Part shown: positions 54,300 through 64,000 of the stretch, piece by piece
Numbering within the stretch: position 1 is the first letter of the stretch
Layout of the letters: the number at the start of each line of letters is the position of its first letter
Position numbers and translations under genes: made by a program
Assembly: GCA_951406725.2 (NCBI GenBank)
Contig: OX597815.1
Location: 144,274,001 to 144,338,000 of the forward strand
Length of the DNA: 64,000 nucleotides
Direction of reading: 5' to 3'
Origin: Octopus vulgaris
Lineage: Eukaryota
The notes under the pieces: model-generated
What the model was told of the DNA's origin: nothing
Seen by the model: the letters and a program-made list of their open reading frames with translations, nothing else
Database searches by the model: none

Positions 54300-54729
54300 A
54301 AGAATTTATAAATTTTGAGAGATTATGAAATAATTTTCCGTTTGAAACAGTGGATCTCGGGGGCAGATAAATTTATAAATAATATCGCGTACATGCCTCC
54401 CCACCCCAACACATCACGCACGTAAGTATGGTATATGCTCGTACGTAATAAAGACAAGCATATACCGCACACATTCTTTTCCGGGTTATGTTACTTTCTT
54501 AGTTAGGAGCACTGTTTCTTCAAAAGAAATGGTGAATAAACCTGGTTACACACATATTCACATACATGCACAAATATATATACATGTATGCACCCCCCCA
54601 CACACACACATGAAAGCTGGATCTAAATGAGTCGCTACTCGAGTTTCTCGTTTCCGCTTCACCAGGAAACTAGCAACAACCTCAGTTCAAGTTATATATA
54701 TATACATATACATATGTGTGTGTGTGTAC

Positions 54730-54786
<57 letters not shown>

Positions 54787-54805
54787 GTGTGTGTGTGTGT
54801 GTGTA

Positions 54806-54852
<47 letters not shown>

Positions 54853-55075
54853 TAGAAGGTTTGGAGATGATGTACAGGTATTGTATATTATAAATTTTGA
54901 GAGAGTGTGAAATAATTTTCCGTTTGAAACAGTGGATCTCGGGACAGATAAATTTATAAATAATAGCGCGTACATGCCTCCCCCACACATCACGCACGTA
55001 AGTATGGTATATTCTTGTACGTAATAAAGACAAGTATATACCACACGCATTCTTTTTCACGTTGTGTTACTTTCT
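54300..55075. repeat. About 195-bp direct duplication (54305-54500 and 54885-55075), first copy part of an inverted repeat at 54205-54390
   Basis: Shared 'tataaattttgagag...aaataattttccgtttgaaacagtggatctcggg...cacgtaagtatggtat...taataaagacaag'. GGATCCACTGTTTC at 54235 is its reverse complement. Confidence 0.8.
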
Positions 55076-55512
55076 AATATGTATATATATGTACATATAA
55101 ATACATACATATATATGTATTTATGTATATAAATATATGTATGTGTATATGTGTATATGTATATATGTGTGTGTATGTGTACTTATGACATAGCTTACAC
55201 AACCTACTAACATACATCAAGTCTCTCCTACCACCATCAGACTAACCATTTTGGAAGACAATCTCTCCCCAACTAAATATACTTGTACATTCGTGTGCGG
55301 GGGTGTTCATGTGACATGGATACAAACCTGCAACTGTTTCGTTTGTCCTGTTTTCTACACTGCACATGACATTTTGATCTTTCGATTCAACATCCTATGT
55401 CCTATATTTTTATATAGATGTGTGTGTACTGTACACACACACACATGCATACATACATATATACATACATACATACACACATACATACATACATACATAC
55501 ACACACATACAT

Positions 55513-55632
<120 letters not shown>

Positions 55633-56067
55633 TGGTCAGACGCCATGATAGATCGTTAGCCACTACACACATTTTTTTCTCTCCTTATTTTTTCTATGTC
55701 CCTTTCTGTAGAAGAGCGTAGGCTCGAAACGTAAAAGACTATTTCTATTCCTGAGCGTGATACTAATACATCTGTTTGCTTTGTACACCACTTGTCTTCG
55801 TTTTTGTCAATTGTTTACTTTGTACGTCCACTCTGTTGTTGTTTGTTCGTTTGAAGCCCCTAACTCTCCAAAAATTTTATATTTCTAACATTTCTGGATG
55901 TTGCTGGCTTATGAAGTTTTCCTATCTTGTCGTTGAAAGCAGGAAATAGGGAGTAGTAAAACAGTCGACAACTGACGAGGAGTTATCTTCTTTTAGTATT
56001 TTGACCTCTACTTATCTCGTGTTTACGCATTTTTCACTCGCTGGTGATGTCCTGTACTTAATGTGCA

Positions 56068-56098
<31 letters not shown>

Positions 56099-56139
56099 CA
56101 TACATACATACATACATACATACATACATACATACATTC

Positions 56140-56170
<31 letters not shown>

Positions 56171-56175
56171 TAGAC

Positions 56176-56241
<66 letters not shown>

Positions 56242-58197
56242 AAGTTCTCTATTTGTTTCTTTCGTTGTTTGAAAAAAAGTTCGTTTTCTATGTTTTTGTT
56301 TTTTATGTAATTTTATTCAGCTGAACACATGTCATTGATTGGTTGAAATTACCGAAATACGAGAAATTTAACACGAAATAACTTCGTAAACATAAACTTT
56401 TCTCAAAAACACTAAGATTAAAATATATTTTATATGACACATTCTACCAGTATACGAAGTTTATAAGTATTTAGTTACAAAAAATTATTTTCTAAATCTG
56501 CCGGTCAAAAGGTAAAGATCCGAAATATTACCTTCCTTGGAAACAGGTAAATGTTGGTGACAGGAAAGGCATCCGATCTTGGGAATCCTGTCTCAATAAC
56601 TTTGTCTGACCCATGTGTGCGTGTGTGTTAGTACACATACGTATACATAAAGGAAGGCATGGCCGAGTGGTTAAAAACTTCACTCCACATGCATGAGATT
56701 CTAGGATCGATATCCCTATATCTGTTATCTTGAGCAAATGTTCTTTTCTACATCAATAAAATTACATAATATTTCAAATAAACAGCAATTAAAATAACCA
56801 GCAGTTCTCATTCAAGTTCTGTGGTTATTTTAAAACTTATATAGAAGTTAAGCGTATACCATGAAATTCATAATTTCTTTTGAAATGAATTTTGTGAAGC
56901 TTTTGATCGTGTGGGGAGAACATGTTTGAAAATTATAGCCTACTTATACTCTTATCACCGCTTCAACTTTAAAAGTTTGTAGAAATCTTTTTTTATGTAT
57001 CCTTTATTTCGTTCTTGCGTCAAGAGATAAAAGCACTCTAGAAGGAAATACACAATCAGAAAATATCGCTTCGTTTCTCTTCGCCTTTCTATTGTCTTGA
57101 AAGAATAAGCAATCTTAATTATGGCGCGAAATTGAAGACATAATGTGTCTGTAATATTATTCTGCTACGATACGACTATGTTGGTAAATCTTTTAACAAA
57201 TCTCAATATATTGTAGTATACCTTTAATTTCAAAACAAGATAAAATCATTTATGGCTGGACTCGAACCCATAGTTCCATTGACTGAGTACAGTAGCTGCT
57301 CCATCGAACAGTTGAATTGATAGCACATCGAAAAATACGATTATTTACTTATCTGAATTCAAACCTCGTCGATGTCAACTTTGCCCCTTTCGAAGTCAAT
57401 AAAGTAAACACCAATACTGGAGCTGACTACATCGATTTGCCCCCGCTCCTCAAAACTGCTGGTTTTGCGCCAAGATTACAAAGAATTTTATATCAACTAC
57501 ACACACTATTGTTTGCAGAGTTATTATATCTAAAAGCAGTGAACTTGCAGAATCATTAGCGTGCTGGGCAAAATGCTTTGCGGTTTTTGGTCTGTCTTTA
57601 CCTTTTCAGTTCAAATTCCGTCGAAGCCGACTTTGCTCTTCATCCTTTCAGGGTCGATGAAATAAGTACCAATTGAATAATCGACTTACTCCGCCTCTCG
57701 AAATTGCTAGCCTTCTGCCAACATTTAAAGCCATATAAGAAACTTGCACACAGACACACATTTATTTGTCAATCTTACCAATGATATGTTAATGTTATGT
57801 CTATAATAGATTACATCTCCAATTTCGTTCCATAGTTAAGCGTCCCACAAAGAGGCCATTGCCATATCATATAGGTTTCCGAAGGAAAAGAAACACACAT
57901 AGAGCTCGGACTGATTACTGTATAAAAGCTATCATCTTTATATTATTTGGTGTTTCGATCGCGAAGGGATGAAAAGTGAAATTTAGTTCAGCAGGACGAA
58001 CGATTTTTCCAGTCTTCCACCCGAGTAAAAGAGCCGATGTGTTTTTGACGACATAACAGAAGGTTCACACGTAAATATTGCAGTAAGTATTTTGGCGGAT
58101 TTTTAGAATAGCTGTCGCGAAGGCAATTCGCCATACTGAGTTCCCTCAGAGAATTGCTATTGCAAAATATTTTATGGAAATCTTCTAGTTTGTGATG

Positions 58198-58347
58198 TTT
58201 GGAGGGGCTGAGCTGCTAACGACGAAGTTCTTGTCATCGTTGGCGGCTCGCCTTGCCGAGTTGTCAGGTAACGCTCTTGAGGGTGCTTGGCTGTGTCAAC
58301 GCCTTAGCCTTGCCATCAACTCTGGTAATGTTGGCTTACTTCTGTAG
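58198..58347 (+). pseudogene. CRE-clade non-LTR retrotransposon C-terminal fragment
   Basis: FGGAELLTTKFLSSLAARLAELSGNALEGAWLCQRLSLAINSGNVGLLL* matches the CRE-type C-terminal pattern 'FL..L..RL...GD..E..WL.QRLSLAI.RGNA'. Confidence 0.7.
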
Positions 58348-61300
58348 GTTCCGTTGAACCTTGTGGTGTGCGACCAATTGAGGCATTTGGCATTGAACTG
58401 ATGTGCCTTTTCCCCTTCTTTCTCTTTTTTAAAATCATTCGGAGTTAGATACGTGTAAAACAAAATTAGAATTTTGAAAGAAGTATCTATACGGCGATAA
58501 TTTCAGTTGTTTAATATGTAGAAAAGGATATTTTTAATTGAATAAAAGTATAATGGGATATTAAAAAAAAAAACTTGCTTTCCCTTCTCTCATAAATGGT
58601 CGTAGCAAAAACCTTGTCCAAAGTAAAATAGGGCATTATCTTTGTGTGAGAGATGGGGATAAAAATGGTACACGAAATTTAATTTGATGGGAATTATGTC
58701 AACGCAAGTACACTGGCGAACTCGGGTAAGTGTAGATAAATTCTTATCTTTCATCTTTTACTTGTTTTAGTCGTTAGATTGCAGCCATGCTTTCTCACTA
58801 CCCTGAAGAATTTTTACCGCTAAGTTACAGGGGTGTGAACACACCAACACTAGTTGTCAAGCGGTAGTGGGACACACACATATACACGAGGGCTTCTTTC
58901 AGTTTCCGTCTGCCAAATCCACTCATAATGCTTTGATTGGCTCGAGGCTCTAGTAGAAGAGGTGCCACGCTGTGGGACTGAACCTGGAACCATGTGGTTG
59001 GGAAGCAAACTTCTTACCACACAGCCACGCATTAAAAAATATGTTTTTGCAAACTGGCTAAAGTGTGGGCAGAAAGGAAAAGTGTAATTTGAGGTTGAAA
59101 ATAGAGGGGGGGGACACACAAAATTAATAGATTCTCTACTTCACCAGTTGTACTAAAAAGGAAGAAGGATTTTGAACGAAAAACAATGAAAAAACAATTT
59201 TCATCGTAAAATACGATCAGAGGCGGAGTACGAATATTTTTGTAATGCGGGTTATAAGAATATAAGAATGTGGAATACAATAAAATGACGAAAAATAGAA
59301 AATAAAATTTAAATCGTAGTGGCAATACACATACACAGATATGAAATATATGTAAGGTTAGTAGAAGGTATCTTCTTGAAGCTCATCTGCTTATTTCAGG
59401 AGTATGTAGTTATCATTGTTTTACGACGGACTTCTTTCAGTTTCTGTCTACCAAATCCACTCACACGGCTTTGGTTAGCCCGAGGCTATAGTAGAAGACA
59501 CTTGCCCAAAGTGCCACGCAGTGGGACTGAACCTGGAACCATGTGGTTCATAAGCAAGCTACTTACCACACAGCCACTCCCACGCCTATGGAAATTTCTT
59601 ACATGTTTGTCCAACATTTACAACTTTGTGATTCCTATTAGCAAGTGAAACATGTGTAAAAGGTGAATAGATGATACAAAAAAAAAAATTTTCCAATTTC
59701 CTGTTGTGTGTGTTGAAGTAAACCTTATCGTTCCAGCTTAAAGACAATACATAATTCAGGCAGACAACAACAGAAATTCAAAGCTAACATGCTGGAATGT
59801 AACGTTTACATAAATAGGAAACTAAGGCTAAAGAGAGGAAACTGACAAATTATGATCCAAAAAGAAATGGTATATTTTGGAGTCTTCAGTGCTGATGTAA
59901 AATTTGAAGAACAGAAAGTGAAACAACATCAACCAAAGAATCCTATCTGCCATCTGGAACTACCTGTTTTGACTGAATATTGAAGAACTTTCAAAGCCAT
60001 ACTCTTTACTTGTTTCAGTCATTTGACTATGGCCATGCTGGAGCACTGCCTTTAGTCAAGCAAATCGATCCCAGGACTTATTCTTTGTAAGCCTAGTACT
60101 TATTCTATTGGTCCCTTTTGCCGAACCGCTAAGTTACGGGGACATAAACACACCAGCATCAGTTGTCAAGCAATGTTGGAGGGACAAACACAGACACACA
60201 AACACATACACGCACACACATGTATTTCTTTACTACCCATAAGGGGCTAAACACAGAGGGGACAAACAAGGACAGACAAACAGATTAAGTTGATTACATT
60301 AACCCCCAGTGCATAACTGGTACTTAATTTATCGACCCCGAAAGGATGAAAGGCAAAGTCGACCTTGGCGGAATTTGAACTCAGAACGTAACGGCAGACG
60401 GAATATGGCCACACATTTCGCCTGGCGTGCTAACGTTTCTGCCAGCTCGCCGCCTTTATATATATATACATACGACAGGCTTCTTTCAGTTTCCATCTAC
60501 CAAATCCACTCACAAGGCTTTGGTCGGCCTGAGGCTATAGTAGAAGACACTTGCCCAAGGTGCCATGTAGTGGAACTGAACCCAGAACAATGTGGTTGGT
60601 AAGCAAGCTACTTACCACACAGCCACTCCTATTCCTGAAAAATATTATCATGTAAAGAATCCGGGCAAGATTGAACTCCACATAAAAGAAGACTATTGTT
60701 TATGACTTTGAATAATGTATATGTATGATGAGCTATATGTTACATAGTTTAAAAGAATTCCGAGCCCTTCTTGGCTTTCCTTAGCACATGTGTATTGATG
60801 TTCAAACTTACCTGTTTCAAAAATTACTTTGCCTTTCTTTAGAGTTCCGTAAAAATTTACCACTACTTTTAAAGACAATTCAAGCTAGGAGACATGTTAT
60901 TCATCATCATCATTTAATGTCTGTTTTCTATGCTGGCATGGGTTGGACAGTTTGACGGGAACTGGCAAGCCATAGAGCTGCATCAAACTCCAGTGGTTTG
61001 TTTTGGCATGGTTTCTATGGCTGGACGCCCTTCCTAATGCCAACTCCTTTACAGAGTGTACTGGGTGCTTTTTAATGGGCACTAGCACAGGTGAGTTTTG
61101 CATGACAACAGAAAGGATTACAGCATCAAATTTCATATGGCTGGAATGTCTGATCAGTCATCCCAGCCTTCTATTTTAGGCTTTGGTTGGCGTTGGGCTG
61201 TAGTAGAAGACATTTATTGAGGGTGCCATGCAATGGGACTGAACCCGGTTCCATATGGTTGGGAAGCAAACTTCTTACCATACAGCCATAATTTACCAAA

Positions 61301-62149
61301 ACCATAATTAGTTTTTTTTATTGAAAAATACACACTGCGAGAATGTATAATACAATGACATCAATGCAAAACAATGCCTTTGCACTAAGTGTGTGTGTGT
61401 GAGGGTGAATGACCATAGCTCTCTGTGACAAAATTTGAACATTCAGTATCTTTCTTGGTTTTCCCACTGCCTGCTGGTGATTTATTTGCAGCTTGCTCTG
61501 CTAGTCCCTTGTTCTCTTTCGAGCTTACCCATGAGGTAAAGGGCCTATTTAACCCTTAGGCAAGAGAACTAGTTCATGTGATACCAGGCCATGTCTACAC
61601 ATCACTGAACTTGTGTGACTCATGTCTTAGGGCCAAATTTGCTCTATGACCTTTAAGCATTAACCACAGCTCTACCCTCTGCTGATTGGTCTATCACTCA
61701 GGTTTTGATAGAGAAGAGATGAGAATAATGGTGATTAATCAGTAACTACATTCAACAAAACTCCTGAACTCCAAATCTGGAGCCTCATCACTGGTACAAT
61801 AAAGAAAGAATTGCAAATGCATTGTGACCAGTGGTGTGTAACAGCATTAGTATTCTGGTCAATACAGGTTGTGTGCATGTGTGTGTGTATGCATAGGCAA
61901 GGCATTAATCTGCAACCTATATTGACCTGGCAATTGAATGCAGTTAGATACCATTGGTCATAAAGCACTTCCAGTTCTTTCTTGTCCGTCTTGGCTCAAA
62001 CCCTTTAACCCCTTAGCATTTAAACTGGCCATTCCTACCTGGTTTTTCTACCTGTTTTATTTTAAAACTAGCCAGATCTAGCCTCTCACACGTACTCTAC
62101 AATGTCATTCTGAAATAAGTAATCACATCATCAAAAACTCGAAGCATAG

Positions 62150-62560
62150 TTGCAGGAGTGGCTGTGTGGTAAGTAGCTTGCTTACCAACCACATGGTCCT
62201 TGGTTCAGTCCCATTGTGTGGTACCTTGGGCAAGTGTTTTCTAGTATAGCCTCTGGCCGACCTAAGCCTTGTGAGTGGATTTGATAGACAGAAATTGGAA
62301 GAAGCCCATTGTATATGTATATATATATGTGTGTGTGTGTGTATGTATGTTTGAAGTGTCTGTGTTTGTCCTTCTTCCCCGATATCGCTTGACAACCAAT
62401 GCTGGTGTGTTTACACCCCCGTAACTTAGTGGTTTGGCAAAAGGGAACTGATAGAATAAGTACTAGGCTTACAAAGAATATGCTCTGGGGTCAATTTGCT
62501 CAACTAAAGGTGGTGCTCCAGCATGGCTGCAGTTAAATGACTGAAACAAGTAAAAGAGTA
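62150..62560 (+). mobile_element. SINE family B (tRNA-derived head, CORE/V-like 'ccttgggcaagtgtctt'), representative copy
   Basis: A-box-like TGGCTGTGTGGT, B-box-like GGTTCAGTCCC, internal TA/TG microsatellite. Copies at about 1790-2190, 3170-3560, 7495-7875, 10100-10470, 13265-13555, 15215-15700, 33815-34180, 58755-59030, 59430-59585, 60003-60630. Confidence 0.85.
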
Positions 62561-62649
62561 TAAGATAATGTATGATTAATTCAAAACAATATGAATACAA
62601 AAGCATTACATTTGACAGAATATGAACACCAAAGGGCTAACTAAATTGC

Positions 62650-62760
62650 CTTCCCATCAGCATGGAGGCCTCTCAAGACATTTTCTGATCTGTTGGATGG
62701 ATACCACTCAGTAACTGCACAAGTCCACTTGTTATCTGTGAACCTTGAGACATGTCTGAC
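62650..62760 (-). pseudogene. Second RTE-clade 3' relic
   Basis: HVSRFTDNKWTCAVTEWYP resembles the RTE 'GHVAR..DNRWT..VTEW.P' motif. Confidence 0.65.
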
Positions 62761-62949
62761 TTTCTAGGGTTATGACTAAATGGTTGAGGGTCAAACATGT
62801 AATGCATTATTATACAAAAGTTATAACAGAACCATTGTTCTCATCCTTGTCTTCATGCATGTTATTTGATTTGTCACCCTCATGTTATTGAAACTGTTGT
62901 AAACTGTGGAATAAATGTAATGCTACCAATTCCATTTGTTATTTATGCT

Positions 62950-63190
62950 CCACAACCAAAGTTGTAGATATGTTGTCTTCCTTCTTCCTCTCCTGGTTCT
63001 TCCTTCTGTTGGTTGCCAGAGCCCTAGCTTGTTAGCAATTTCATCAATGTGTCTGATGCAGTGTCAGCTACCCTCATCCTTCTATGCTGTATCTTCAATG
63101 TTACTTTTGGTAGTCCCTGGTATGAGTCGGTGTTTGTTGCATGACTCCAGGAGACATCTCCTGGAGGAGTGCTGTCAGAGGTAAATGCTT
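62950..63190 (-). pseudogene. RTE-clade LINE 3' relic
   Basis: YQGLPKVTLKIQHRRMRVA then, after a frameshift, HCIRHIDEIANKLGLWQPTEGRTRRGRRKTTY: typical RTE C-terminus. Confidence 0.75.
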
Positions 63191-63235
63191 GGATTCTTGG
63201 TTCCCCTCTCACTATATATATACATACATACATAC

Positions 63236-63275
<40 letters not shown>

Positions 63276-63533
63276 TCATATTCTGAGTTTTGTTTTCCCT
63301 GTTTGCTTCATCATCATCATCATCGTTTAACATCCTTTTTCCATGCTGGCATGGGTTGGAGAGTTCGACTGGGGTCTGGGAAGCCAGGAGGCTGCACCAG
63401 GCTCCAGTCTGATCTGGCAGTGTTTCTACAGCTGGATGCCCTTCCTAACGCCAACTACTCCAAGAGTGTAGTGGGTGCTTTTTTTTTTACATGCCACTGG
63501 CATGGCTATATGTATATGTATATATATATATAT

Positions 63534-63814
63534 AAAAGGAAATGAAGAAAATGCTGACAAAATAATTTAAGTAATTTAATTAGGTGAAAGTTCTTTTTAC
63601 CGGTTGCGCATTTGTTATGCTTATCAAAAGATAGATAGAATTCCTTTCTGATAGATTTTTACCTCTGATAGATTTTTTCCTCAGAGGAAAAAATCTATCA
63701 GAAAGGAACTCTATCTATCTTTTGATAAGCATAACAAATGCGCAACCAGTAAAAAGAACTTCACCTAATTAAATTACTTAAATTATTTTGTCAGCATTTT
63801 CTTCATTTCCTTTT
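63534..63814. repeat. About 280-bp near-perfect palindrome (foldback element) within (TA)n
   Basis: Arms of about 130 bp are reverse-complementary around CCTC-A-GAGG (centre 63683). The left arm has a short internal duplication. Confidence 0.92.
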
Positions 63815-63815
63815 T

Positions 63816-63850
<35 letters not shown>

Positions 63851-64000
63851 TCATCATCATCATCATTTAATGTCTGTTTTCCATGCTGGCATGGGTTGAT
63901 GGTTTGATAGGTGTTGGCAAGCCCCAGACCCCAATTGTCAGTCTTGGCATGGTTTCTATGGTTGGATGCCCTTTCTAATGTCAACAACTTTACAGAGTGT

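Noticed and set aside
57250-57315. Minus-strand B-box GGTTCGAGTCC suggesting a tRNA
   Set aside because: No cloverleaf can be formed. Likely a decayed SINE head.

Overview
Eukaryotic, AT-rich, repeat-dense animal genomic DNA. The SINE and microsatellite content is typical of coleoid cephalopods (Octopus-like), which is an inference. The only well-supported protein-coding gene is TFIIE alpha (GTF2E1) on the minus strand. It has four coding exons (38412-39058, 34780-34984, 32229-32427, 1515-1696) with GT-AG junctions and consistent phases, encodes about 410 aa, and has a 30.5 kb last intron. A candidate non-coding first exon and promoter lie near 43.3-43.45 kb. Almost all other ORFs in the track are artefacts of microsatellites and SINEs. 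The rest is a layered mobile-element landscape: three abundant SINE-like families; a structurally complete non-autonomous LTR retroelement (50514-52995, tRNA-Trp PBS, PPT, 4-bp TSD) with a diverged relative at about 45.5-46.1 kb; LINE relics (CR1/Jockey-like, RTE, CRE, Penelope); a Helitron, a HINE, piggyBac-like and GG..CC/8-bp-TSD MITEs; and a 280-bp palindrome. The most interesting unexplained signals are a possible nested antisense first exon (22451-22510), a minimal hammerhead-ribozyme motif (45071-45107), a unique intronic hairpin (5208-5276), and promoter motifs in the LTR. No clearly novel multi-gene system could be demonstrated. Repeat boundaries are approximate unless a TSD is stated.
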